From the NCBI GenBank assembly GCA_000165425.1, contig CT868042.1:1-64000 (forward strand): DNA of 64,000 nt, written 5' to 3'. Below, one piece after another: positions 1 through 13,800 of the stretch (positions are counted from its first letter, which is position 1; every line of letters starts with the position of its first letter). The notes under the pieces were generated by a model, which was given only the letters and a program-made list of their open reading frames with translations, did not search any database and was not told the origin of the DNA. Source of the stretch: Paramecium tetraurelia. Its lineage: Eukaryota. Made by a program: the position numbers and the translations under genes.

Positions 1-671
1 TTCGTGTAGGAGTGAGTGCGTTTACTAAAATATTAATAATAATAATTTTGCTCTAAATATATAACATATCTTCCTTTATTTTGTAATTCTATTAAAGACT
101 TTTATTGTGGAAATTAATATCTACAAAGATTTATTTTCTCTTAATTAATTAATTTTACACTGTAATTAAATTGCTTTATATGATTATATCAATTTTATTT
201 CTAATTTTTGAATAATCTTCTTTAATAGTAAAATGATTAATTGAAAGATTAAGACTCTAGATTATATTATCAGCACAAAATAATGAGTATAAAGAGCAAA
301 AAATTATTTCTGATTTACAAAATTCTTTCTATATCATAATATTAGAGCATGTTTGAAATAATATCAATTTTTTATTTAATATCGATATGTTAATAACTTT
401 GGAATAGTAAACATTGCCATATGTTATTAGTTTTTAAATAATATGACTCAATCAAAGAATTATCAAACTATAATACTAAGAGATAACAGCAAATTCTAAG
501 GTTTATCCTGATTTAAACATTAAAAATATTGAATTTCAATAATTTTGATTAACCATTTTCTTTTTAATAAACTAAAATGTTGATTAAAATTTTCGAATGA
601 TCAAGTTTTGATATTAGTCTGTTATTCTATGATAAAATTCCAAATTCAACATTATTAATTAAATTAAAATT

Positions 672-3600
672 ATGAAATAGCCCGACAATTCTAAATATGA
701 AGTTGATAAACTGTACTCCAAAGGTAGTTATTGAAACAAATGCTTAGGTTTAAGGTTAATGAGCGATGAAAATTATTAGAAAGCAATTAACACCTTCGAT
801 CATATTTTAAGAATTGATCCAAAGAATTTCGAGTCTTTGTGCTAAAGAGGTAAGATAATAATATATCAGGTGAATGTTTAAGATCTTTAGAAAAATATTC
901 AGCTGCTTAAGATAGTTTTCAAAAGGCATTGCTGATCCAACCAAATAATCTAGAATTAATACTTAAACAAAGTATTTCGTAAAAGAATTCGTTTTAGGTT
1001 TATGCTTAATATAATTGGAAAAGTACTAAAGTTCCTTAAATCTAATAGATACCGCATTAAAATACGAACCTAAGAATATTGACCTTTTATTCAATAAAAG
1101 TATTAAATATAAATTATTTAGGTTTATGTTTAAAGATGATGAACAATTTTGATAGGGCTTTGAATTGCTTAAATGAGGCAATTAAAATTGATAATAAGAA
1201 TATCAAACTGTTGCTTCACAAAAGTAATTAAATTTTGATTTTAGGTTTATGTTTATGAGAACTCGAAAAATATGACTAAGCATGTATACCATTAGATTAA
1301 GCCTTAAAATTGGAGCCTAAGAATGTTGAAATATTATTGAATAAGAGTATGAAAATTAAATCGATATTTTAGGTATCTGCTTAAAGATGATGAAATAGTA
1401 TGTTTAGGCTTTAGAGCTTTTAGATAAAGCACTTTAATATTCGCCAGAAAATGTGAATTTGATGCTAAATAAATGTAATTAAAGTTTGATTTTAGGCTTT
1501 TGTTTACAGGCTTTAAATAAATATGATCAAGCCTCTAAAACATTGGATAGAGCCATATAATTAGAACCCAAAAATTTTGATGTTTTATTTATGAAAGGTG
1601 TTTAAACATTTATATTTAGGTTTGTGTCTAAAGATTCTAAATGAAGTTGATAAGGCAATATAATTTTTAGATAGAGCATTAGAAATATAACCAAAAAATG
1701 TTGAAGTATTATTAAATAAAGGTTAGTTGTTCATTATTATTTAGGCATTTGTTTACAAATGTTAAACAAGTTTGATCTAGCTTCTAAAGTATTTGATAAT
1801 GCTATAACGCATGATAACAAAAACATAGATTTATTTAAGAATAAAGGTAGTAAGATTGGTTGATTTATAGGGAATTGTTTAATATAACTCAAGAAGCATT
1901 CTGAGGCTTTGCAATATTTTGATAAAGCATTAGCTTTTTAACCACAAAATGTTGAAATATTAATCAATAAATGTTTTAGATATATTAATTTAGGTTAATG
2001 TTTAATGATGATGGAGAATTATTAATAAGCTTGCTAATCAATTAATTTGGTGTTAAGAATTGATTCTAAAAATATTCAAATGTTATTAAATAAAAGTTAG
2101 ATTATATGATAATCTAGGTATATGTTTAAGAAATCTAAATTAAATCAAAGAAGCACTTGAGTAGCTTGATATTGTTTTATCTATTGAACCTCAGAATATC
2201 GAGGCTTTGATAAATAAATGTATTTTCTCATTCGTATAATTAGGTCAATGTTTAAAATTATAAAAAGAATATCTTAAAGCCCTGCAACAATTAGAAAAAG
2301 CTTTATGCATCGACCCAAAAAATTTTGACCTTCTTAAGGATAAGGGTAAAAATGTATATATTCTTAGGTGTTTTGTTAAGAATAATCGAAAAATACGGAG
2401 AGGCTTTGCAATAATTTAAATAAGTAGAGAATATTTAACCAAATGATGTGGAAATTTTGTTGAATAAAGGTAAGAAATTTAAGAATCAAAGGTATTTGTT
2501 TACTAAAACTAAATAAATGTGACCAGGCTTTGCAATAATTTGATCACGCATTAAGATTTGATTCAAAAAATATTGAGTTGTTAATTAATAAATGTATTGA
2601 GATTCTTTAATGAAGGCATTTGCTTATAAAATAAGAAAGAATATAAATTGACACTTGAATGTACTTCAAAAGGCCTTAAGATTTAACCAAAAAATATTAC
2701 ATTTTTGAAAATTTAAAGTGCTGAATATTCTTGATTAAATAGGTGATTGTTTATTAGAATTGAAAGAGTATAAGTAAGCATGTGATTCTTTAAAAATGGC
2801 GTTAGCGATAGAACCGAAAAATGTTGAAATTTTGTTGAAAAAATGTAATATCCAATTTTAATTCAAGTTCATGCTCTATTATAGCTAGAAAAATATTAAA
2901 AAGCTATTTAAGAGTTAGATAATATTTTAAATATTGATAACCAAAATGAATTTTGTATTTTGTAAAAAGGTACCAAGTAAACTAAACAATTAGGATTTTG
3001 TCTAAAATTAAATAAAGAATATTAAATGGCAATTCGATGGTTTGATAAAGCTTTGCAATTTGATTCGAAAAATCTTAAAGTGATTGATGAAAAAGGTAAT
3101 TAAGCCTAATTATACATAAAATAGGTCAATGTTTATTAAAGTTGAATGAGTTTGATGAAGCCATCAAATGCATTGATTTGGCATTATCAATTAATCCAAA
3201 ACATGTTCCATCCTTGGCAATAAAAGGTATAGACAATAACAATTAGGTGATTGCTTATTATCTAAGAATTTGTATGAAAATGCTCTTTCCATATTAGAAT
3301 TAGCATTGTAAATAAACCCTTATGATGTATGTACTTTGTCCATAAAAGGTACTGTTTAAACCATATATAGGGAAATGCTTATTATTGATGAATAAGTATT
3401 AAGAGGCTATTTAGTGCTTTGATAAAGCACTATAACTTGATCAAAATCATTTTGATTCGCTATAACTCAAAAGTATAGATTATATTAAGTAATTCTTAGG
3501 CAAATGCCTATTATTACTCAAGGAATTCACTACTGCTATAATATATTTAGATAGGGCTCTGGAAATAAAACCTAAAAACTTTAATTGCATATTTATAAAA

Positions 3601-5794
3601 GGTTTTGTTATAATTATAAATCATAGGAGAGTGTTTAAAATGTATTGGAGATTACGTAGAGGCTATTCGATACTTATCAATGGCAATATCAATTAAATCA
3701 AAACACTTTCTTTGCAATTTCTTTAAAGGTATTATTATGCATTAATAAGGTGAATGTTTACAATAAATTGGATCTTATGAGGAAGCAATAAATGCATACA
3801 AATTAGCATTTTAAATTGACAATAATCACATCTTGTGTTTAAAAAATTTAGGTTTTATGAAATTCTTATTTATAAGGGAAATGCCTATTCTAGCTGTGTG
3901 AATACAAAGAAGCATTCGATTAATTAGAGAAAGCATTGCGATAAGATCCTAATGATGCTTTTTCATTATATTTACAAGGTAATAAAATTATATAAAATAA
4001 TTTAGGCAAGTGCCTACAGAACTTAAACAAATGCTAGTCAGCCATTATATAATTTGAAAAAGCCTTAATTCTTAATCCAAAAGATNNNNNNNNNNNNNNN
4101 NNNNNNNNNNNNNNNNNNNNNNNNNNNNNNNNNNNNNNNNNNNNNNNNNNNNNNNNNNGCTATTGAGATAATAGAGAAAGTTTTAAAGTTAGAGCCCTGC
4201 AATGTTGAATCATTGCTTATGAAAGGAAATTATTTACAAATACAAAGCAATTATGAACAAGCAATTGTAAACTACAAATCAGTATTGTAAGCTGAAGGAG
4301 ATAATATTACTGCTTTATTTTAATTAGGTAATCAAAGAAATCTTAGTATTAGGTATTTGCTTAAAATAGATTAAAAATTATTCTGAAGCCATAATTTATT
4401 TCAACCATAGCCTAAGAATAAATCCAAATAATCTGTCTATATTATATGAAAAGAGTAAAGCAGTTAATAATTTTAGGTGAGAGTTTACGACTTCTTAGAT
4501 AATATTCTAAGGCTGTTGAATGTTTGCAACAAATATTTGATATAGATCCAAACCATATTGAATCTATGATTTCGAAATGTAAAATCATAGAAAAATAGAT
4601 TATAAGGTGACTGCCTAAAAGGTTTAAAGGAGTTTGAGAGTGCAGCAAGACTCATTGAAAAAGTAGTAAATATGATTCCCTTGAATATCGAACTCCTATT
4701 ATCAAGAGGTTTATAAATACTTTACAATTAGTTGAATGTTTAAAATAATTGGGCAGATATCAAAATGCTATTCAAGAATTGAATCGAATTATAATTATTG
4801 ATCCTTTATCACTTTCATCATTACTTTTAAAAGGTCAAAATTATATTAATTGAAGGGGGCTGTTTATCGTTAATGGGATAATATGAAGAGTCTATTTAAT
4901 GGCTAGATAGAGTTTTAAAAATCGATTAAAATAATGTTGAAGCCCTAGCAACTAAAGGTAAGCTTTTGTTGTGAAAATAAAGGAATGTCTTTAACTATGA
5001 TGGGAAGATATTAGGAGGCTATCGAATGGCTTGATAAAGCATTGGCTATAGATCCTTAACATTTATACTCATTGTCAGATAAAGGTGTTGATTATTTATA
5101 TAAAAGGTGGTTGTTTAGCAAATTTGAATTTACCTTAGTAGGCTATCGAATATTTCAATTAAGCATTAAAAGTTGATTAAAAACACTTATATTCTTTATC
5201 ATAAAAGGGTAACCAACTATTCAATTATTTAGGTATGTGTTTAATAATGATGGGATAATATCATGAAGCAATTGAATGGTTAGATAAATCTTTGAGGATT
5301 GATCCAAAGCACTTTTATTCTCTATCTAGTTTAGGTTACAATATTTTATGTATTCAAAGGAGGATGCTTAGCAATTTTGAACTAATTTTAAGAAGCCAAT
5401 ATATGGTTCAATAAAGCCTTGTCTATAAATGAGTTCGATGTTTATTGCTTATCTTAAAAGGGTATTTATTGGGATTCTACTTATTAATTAGCCTATTGTC
5501 TATCAATGATGGGACAATCTTAATTGTCTATCAAATTATTTAACAAGGCCTTAGCCATCAATCCTAATCATATCTATTCTTTATCTGCAAAGGGTAAAAA
5601 AAATAATAATTTTAGCTCATTGCTTAAGTCTTAATGGAGAATACTCTCAAGCTCTAAAATGTTTGGAGGAAGTGCTCAGATTAGAACCAAACCATGAACC
5701 ATCATTAAGATTAAAAGGTTTAATTAATTAAATAATTTAAGTGAATTGCTTAACATTATAATCAAACTAGGATGGAACAATTTAGCATAAATGA
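672..5794 (+). CDS. TPR-repeat protein (~40 TPRs), one phase-1 intron per repeat
   Basis: Code-6 translation from ATG 672 (MKQPDNSKYEVDKLYSKG). Exons of 102 nt (748-849, 870-971, 998-1099) each encode a 34-aa TPR (G.CL..L..Y..A...DKAL...P.N....L.K), separated by 20-30 nt GT..AG introns. TGA at 5792-5794. Interrupted by an N gap. The true start could lie upstream. Confidence 0.9.
4086..4158. other. Assembly gap (73 N) inside the TPR gene
   Basis: Run of N. True length and repeat number unknown. Confidence 0.99.
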
Positions 5795-6470
5795 ATTTAA
5801 TATAAATTATGAAAGATATATTAAATAGATATAATTATTTCTCAATGGTGAATATTTTAGAATGGTTTTTGGGTGAAATTAATGTAGTTATTAGTAGATG
5901 ACATCTCAAAAACTGAATTTTTGATAATAAAGAGGTATCCTTATACACATTAATTTCATTTTAATGTCTACTCTTACCTTTTTCTTAAATGCTTTAAATT
6001 TTTATACTCATTTAATAAATTAATCAATTAAGTAATAAATATGAGCCAAGTGAGGAAAAAGATAAAATTTAAATGTGATGGATAATAAAAATCATTTCCA
6101 TTTATTTGTAACGATCAAAAACCCAAAATCTACTTTTTTTGTAAATTTGAATGCAATATTTAAGAGATTATCCCCTATAGCCAAATTAGTTCATAACTTG
6201 ATTAATCCAGTTTCCTTTAGAATAATATACGGTTTTGGTTCTTTCCAAATTCATTCTTATAGATTGTAGATAATCTACTTATTCTAAAACAAATCTATGT
6301 ACCAACTTCCATTTGAGCTTCATTTATTTATCTTTCCATCGGTATTTAATAATCAAGAACGATAACTATTTTGCATCCTTTTTTGATGGCGAAAAGTTAG
6401 GTAATGATTTAATAGATTCTTCATTTGTAAAACATTATTGATTTGATTATGTATTTTAATAATAATAAAA

Positions 6471-9400
6471 ATGATTTTCTTTTATTTTATCTTTGCTTTT
6501 CAAGGTCTTTCGTGTATAGAAAAGGAATAGAAAAACATTCATTTGTATCCAACTAATGGAGAGTACATAGAATATCCTATGAGTAATTTATTTGAGGGAG
6601 AAAATCTTTTATATCATTATAATCCAATTATACCAAATGTATAGATAGCAAATGCTTTCACTGAAATAACTCAAATAGAGGGATAAGGTATATATTAAAG
6701 TTATCATATTAGAATTTATATCAATATCATCCAATTAAACTCATTTTGCTACAATAACTAACCAAAATCAAATAATATTATATGAATGGTAAAATTTTAT
6801 CATTTAATAGTATGGATAGATAGTAAATATTGAAAGAAAATATAAATGTTATAATATTATTTTGTTGGCTGATATCGATATTTTGCTTGATTGTTATACT
6901 GATGAACATTTTCATTTATTAAAACTAATCAATACTAGTTTTGATATAGTTTATTCATTCGAAGCAAAATAACCATAATCAACTGACATCAAAGGTATTT
7001 ATAATGAACCAACCTCCTTCCTTATTTATGCCTAATATTACAAAAATTTGTCTATTCTTACATTATTCTCATCTCAGTTTAACAATTTAACATCTTACTA
7101 AAATTAATTTATCCAATTAGGTATACCTTAAAGATCAAACCCTTATATATATTTACTATTCAAAAAATTCATCTTATAGTTTATCTTCACTTAGAATTAT
7201 GCTTTTCAAGAAGCATAACACTATGCTATCAATGGTTTAGCTGATACTTTTTAAGTTTATTACAACTACTAAGCTTTTTCTTAATGTGATTAGCTATTGA
7301 TCTAATCTTAAAGTGGTTATTAATAGTTTATTGAAGGATGTTAGAACTAATTAATTAAGTATGATTATGGATATATTGATCCTAAGCAATAAGTGATTTA
7401 GCAATATTTTAATAATGAAATCCTCTTGATTTAATAATAAAACTATCTAACATTGTATTAAACAGGGAATTTCTGGAAATCAATTGGGTTTACTGAGATC
7501 AACAGTAACTCTTAAATATTTTTTAATCCTTACAATTGCTATCTATTTATATTTAACAAATTAATTACTGTTTATTAACTAGCGATACCCTATCTATCAA
7601 TCAATTTAACAGAATAATAAGCTTCAAAAAAAAATTACAATATTACAATTTATTCTCAACCTCAAAAACTAACTTTAAAAGGGCATTGTAGAATTTTTAT
7701 GTCTATTACAATTTTAGATTAGAATGATGCATCAATTTATGTAATATACAAATAATAGTTTTCTCAGTATAAAGCTATTACAAATGAGTATTCCTATTAA
7801 TAAGGTTTTACAGGCTATTCAGGAAAATTACTATAATATGTTGCAAACTTGAATGATCAATATTTTGGATCATTTATATAATCAACATTTTAAGAATTTT
7901 TCAAATTAGAAGAGCAATATTATTTAGCCTAATTTTTAATATTAGCAAATTATACAGCATATCAAAGTTCTAAAAAAATAAGCTACTTTATCGGAGTTAC
8001 AAACAAATCAATACAAATCTTTACACAGCTAAACTTAAAAGAATTTAATTATCTGATGCAGTTTATTAATATTACTATTTAGGCTCAGTCATTATAAGTT
8101 GCTTATGATATATATGGGACATTAATTATAGGATTAAAAGACAGTGATAAAATCTACATTTACTAAATACCGGTTTCTTTCAATGGTTCCAATTTTACCT
8201 CACATTATAAATTTAAATAAAAGTTTTCTGAATTTTTAGTGACATATAATAATTTAATAACACTGTTTTACAACGGAGAAATTTAAATAATGTCTTTGAA
8301 TTTTACTGACTTAGTAATTGTTAACTAGAATTTGATTCAATAATTATTTAAATTAGATGATTTACATTTCAATCCTATTTAAATAGCTGTAAATGTTTAA
8401 TCATTATCCTCATGCTTATTTATCAATAATGTTAATAATGTCATAATTATCTTAATTGGTTAAAATAATCATCTGGCACCAATTTCAATTATCGATGTTA
8501 AATTCAATATTAAATCAATAAATATTGTCAATCAACAATTAGTGTTGTCTTATTATTGTAATAAAGGGAATTACCTTTGTTTCTAAGTTTGGAGTATTCA
8601 AAATTTTAAATCGCCATTTTTTGTAAGAAATATGATGAGTTTGCATTACAATAATTAAGTGTAAATACTATCAGATAACTTGTTTTTTTATGTTTAATTT
8701 AAAAATTACACTGTGTTTGTTTACAATCCATAATATCCGGAGCATATGAATTTATATTAATAACTAAATTTATCATCGTAATTGATATGTACAACTGAAA
8801 TAGAATATTCAGGTTAAATCGGAGTTTCAATGTTTTATGAAAATAAGTTCGATATCTTATCAGCTAAAGTTTTTATCTAGTTTTCTGTTAATTAATCTCT
8901 AAACTTTCAACGCACCTACCCATCGATCATTTATAATTATAGTATTACTTCTCCATTAAATTAAAGTGCTATTTAATATACTCCCAATTAAAGCTTGACT
9001 TACTTCTCGAATTTCACCTATTTCTAACCATATGCTTCTAAAAACATAAATTTGGAATTAAAAGAGTTAAACCTAATAGATCGAACCTTCACAATACCTA
9101 TGAATATAATAATTGATAGATAGGTAAGTATTTGTAATCTTCCTAATAGTTAAAATAATACTTCTAGTGATTAATACTTTTCAAATCATATTTGCAATTT
9201 AACAAATTTTGGTTACTATAATACACTTTCTTATTAAAACTTTACATAAGTAACTGCAATAAATAATTAATTTTTTGTTTTGTAGGATCACAATTAAATC
9301 AAAATAATTAATTCTAAAAATGAACACCTTTCAGATTACGATTATTCTAATTTGAATTTTAGTGGTTGCTTGAAATCAACATCTTTTAATTTAACCTTAT

Positions 9401-10428
9401 CATCTATATGTCAAAATAAAACTGCACAATATTGGCTTAGGATTACTTTTGATTCTTTTGGAAATGTTATAGCTTAAAACATTACTTTAATTTCTATGAG
9501 ATTCACTAATATATCTAAGATTAGTAATATAGGCAACTTAAATTTTATTTTAGGCTCTTAGAATGAATTCAATACCTATGTCTATTTATTCACTTCGTAA
9601 AATAGTAGCATGAATAAACTGAATAAAGCTTGCTCAGATTTTTCAGTTGCTCTCTATAATTCTAATTTAGATAGATATTACTTATGCACGATAGAGTTTA
9701 ATGTAGCCAATTGTTACCAGTTTTCTATTGTAAATAACTCAATTCAAACGTGGAAGTCTTATAACTTAATAGTGCAATCTTTCTGTGTTTAAATTTTGAT
9801 ATTGTAAATAATTGACCATTAAATACTCGTGTTTATTACTGGTAGAGAAGGTGTTGGGTAATTTAATTTGATAAACGGTAACTAAGATAATATGGTTTAA
9901 AACTTTGGCATATTTATCCCTTCTTATGGCGATTTGTTGCCGATTCCCAGCGCTGTGTTCTCAAATGGTTTTTTACTTCAATAATTTCAATATGAAGATA
10001 CATATATTATAGGAGTTTACTAAATTAATCAATTCATCTATGACAGCTTGAATGAACCTATTTTGATGTTTGGATCATTAAATTCTACATCTATTGAATA
10101 TGCTTTAATCACTAATGGAGAAGATGATAATGCTACATGTCTTACATTTAAAGATGGGTAAGCTATATCTTATCCTATTAATACCTAAACATTAAAATGC
10201 CATTTTAAGAAACATAGTAACACAGTTATCATGAATATTTCATGCATGAATGCATTTTCAAATGGAATTTATGAGTTAACATTAAACCTTCCAGATTTAA
10301 ATATTCATAAAAGTGCATGGATTTACTCATTAATAGCTATAATTACAGCTTAATTAATAGCTTTTTACATTTTAGTCAAATATAGAATGAAAAATCATAG
10401 TTATGTAAATACGGAAATAGAAATTTGA
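6471..10428 (+). CDS. Large single-pass (type I) membrane protein, ~1310 aa, unknown function
   Basis: Signal-peptide-like start MIFFYFIFAFQGLSC. One 25-nt intron 6688-6712. Spliced length divisible by 3. C-terminal hydrophobic helix WIYSLIAIITAQLIAFYILV, then short basic tail KYRMKNHSYVNTEIEI-TGA. Confidence 0.85.
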
Positions 10429-10898
10429 AAGTACAATTGATATTTCATTTTTAATAAAAAATATGATTTCTTATCAAATTCAAATATTATAAGACAATAT
10501 TTGTAGCCTCAGTGATTAAAACAAACTATTCTTTATAAAATTGAACTTCTTATAATTGATAATTAAATATTATATTATATAATAAATCTTCATCATTTAA
10601 ATGATAATAAATTCATATACTTGATGTTCTCTGAGTATTATTACATAATTTGTTGACAATGAGGTAAAAAAAGCAATAAAATAAGAAATATCATATGCAG
10701 TAGGAAAGTATAAAAGATTATATGTTTATTCACAAAACAAAATGTTTATTATTAAATAAATTAAAAATAAGAAATATTAACAATTTATAAATCGCAAACA
10801 AATTAAGTGAATTGTACTATCCAAATTTAGATGTTTAAAAAATAAATATATCTTTATTTTTTATTTTAATGATGTATGAATAATAGTAATTATTAAGA

Positions 10899-13800
10899 AT
10901 GAATAAACTATTGATATTTGTAAGTGTTTTATTGTTTATAAATTGTGAAACAATAAGGGTATTTCAGCCTTGTAAATGTATATAAATGCTCACTTAGGTT
11001 GATTGTTCTAAAAAGGAAGATTGCATATGGGATAAATAAAAAAATGAATGTATTGATTACACAATAGAAATGAAGATATAGCATTTTACAAATCATGCTA
11101 CATATTGCAATCAACATACAAGCAAAGAAATTTGTGTTTCAATTTACTAGTGCTCTTGGGATGATGAACTATGTACTCATTTCACAGGATGTACAGCCTT
11201 TGTTTATGATACACATGAAAAATGTAAAGCAATTTCACATCGATGCATATCAGATGGTTTGCACTGTGTCGAATTAGGTGATTGTAATAGTTACTTGAGT
11301 TCTATATCATGTATCTATAATTCAGTAGGTTAATATTGTTATTGGAATGCCACTTAGTCAAAATGCTAAGATGTAGATGAATGTTCAAAATTGCCATAAA
11401 CATTTGCCTCTGATTCTTAATGCAGGTCTCAATTTTCAACATGTACAGCTTAGATTGGAGGAGGATGTATTGAAGAAGGGAATAATTGTTAGGCTTAAGA
11501 TGATGAAATAAACTGTGTATATAATCAAAAAAATAAACAAATTTGTTTTTGGTTGGATGGAAAATGTTTTGATAAAATATGCGAAAATGCTCCATTGAAT
11601 TTAACAACAGATAAGGAATGTTAAGATTTCCTTCCTTCTTGTACAACTAAATAGGATGGTGGATGCATAACTAGGTTATTGTGTTCAACAAATTAAACAA
11701 AAGAAGCTTGTAACAAAGATGCTGTAGGAAATGATTGTTATTGGACAGGTAATAAATGCGTAGATAAGACATGTGAGAATGCTTTGAAAAATTATAAAAC
11801 AAATGAAGAATGTCAAGTATACTTAAATAATTGTATAACAAATGGATAAGGTTGTGTATTAAATACCAGTTGTGGAGCAGCAATAATTGAAGAAGCATGT
11901 GATAAAACTATTAATGGTAAATTATGTCATTGGGATGGATCTACTTGCTTGCCTAAGACATGTAAAAATGCAGGTCCATCCTATATTGGACATGTTGAAT
12001 GTTCAAAGTATATGGAGACTTGTACTGCATCTACAGATGAGATTACAGGATGCACAGATAGAACGTGTGATAATGCTCCAGTATAGTTTAATACGTACAC
12101 TTAATGTTTGAAATATTTATAAAATGGAAATTGTATTCCTAAAAATGGAGGAGGGTGCATAGTAAATACAAATTGCGAGAACATTAATATGAAAGAAGGT
12201 TGTGTCAGGGATGCAAATAATTAAGAATGCTTTTGGTGGAAGGACAAATGTTAATTGAAAATATGTGAAAATGCTCCTATAGAATTGAATACTCACGAAT
12301 AATGTAAGGAATTTATGCAAACTTGTACCATAGGATCAGATTAGAGATGTGTATCTCTGACTTGTGAAAATGTACAGGAGAGATCTAATTGTAACTATGA
12401 TTTGCATAATAAACTATGTGTTTTTAATGAAGGGTGCTTTAAGAAATTCTGTGCTTTAGCTCCAAAGAATTTACTAAACTTTAATCAATGCTAATCTTAT
12501 TTGTCATCGTGTACTGTAGATAATTCTGGGTCTGGTTGCATGGAGTTGCCGATTACATGCAACGCCATAACTAGAAGGGAAGGATGTTATTTAACTTCTG
12601 GATAATAAGAATGCGGTTGGTATAACGGAGAATGCATTGATAAATCTTGCTAAACAGCTCCTCCATATTTAAGCTCAACATTTGAATGTAATAATTATAT
12701 GGTTGGATGTGTTGTTAAGAATGATAGAGCTGGATGTATGAAACCACCGAATTCATGTTAATAACGAGAGCTTTCATAAAACTGTGAATATGAATAACCA
12801 TAAGGACTTAAACATAAATGCTTTTGGGGTTAGGATTAATATTTAAATGGGATTTGTCTTGATATAAAATGTGAAAATGTACACCTTTCTTTAGGGTTTC
12901 AGATCTCTTAAGATGCATGTTGGAATTTTTTTGGATTAAAATGCATTTTAGATTATTCTACATATAAGTGCATAATAAGACCGAATTCTTGTCTTGAATT
13001 AGGGTTTTAAGCTTGTACTTGGAGTGGAGTGTTAGAAGATGGTAGAAATTGTTATTGGGATATAGAATCTAGTTCTTGTAGATCCTATTAATGTTCCAGT
13101 ATTAGTATTTAAATATATTCTCACGATTTGTGCAATTAGATTATGTAATAATGTACTGTTAACTATTATGAATATGGTTGCACAGATCTATTAGAGTGTT
13201 CTTAGTATGGAAATCGAAATCAATGTGTTTTGTCTAAGGATCACATTAGGTGTGTTTGGGTTGATTCGAAGTGTATTGACATACCTTGTGAATAAGATAC
13301 TGAATCTTGGGATTTTTAATAATGCTAAAATATTTCTAAGAATTGTGTTCCAACATCTAAGAAATGCTATATAAAGAAATCAAGATGTGAAGATATTAAA
13401 TAGAAGAATTAATGTGAGTAAGCAACGATTGATTGGAGAAAGTATTGTATCTGGAATGGCACGAGTTGTGAAAGCTCGAATTTTCATGTATTTCCATTTG
13501 ACTGTTCTCTAATTAGAACTGATGGATTAACTTAAGGATATTGCTAATCTATAAATTAAGTTTGTTCAGTAAATAAATAAGGTACTTCTTGTATTTAGAG
13601 TGATTATTGCTACAATTATACAGAAGATTAATGTTTTTGGGGGCTGGATGGAGAATGTATTTGGTATCAGAATTTATGTAGGCAAAATATATATTGTGAA
13701 TATGCTAAACCACCTTATACTTACGATACATGTAGAGTTTTCAATTATAATTGCACTGTAAAGATTGATGGATCTGGATGTGTTGAAACTGTTTATAATT

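Noticed and set aside
1..670. Possible upstream exons or gene remnant before the TPR gene
   Set aside because: No coherent spliced frame or recognisable motif found.
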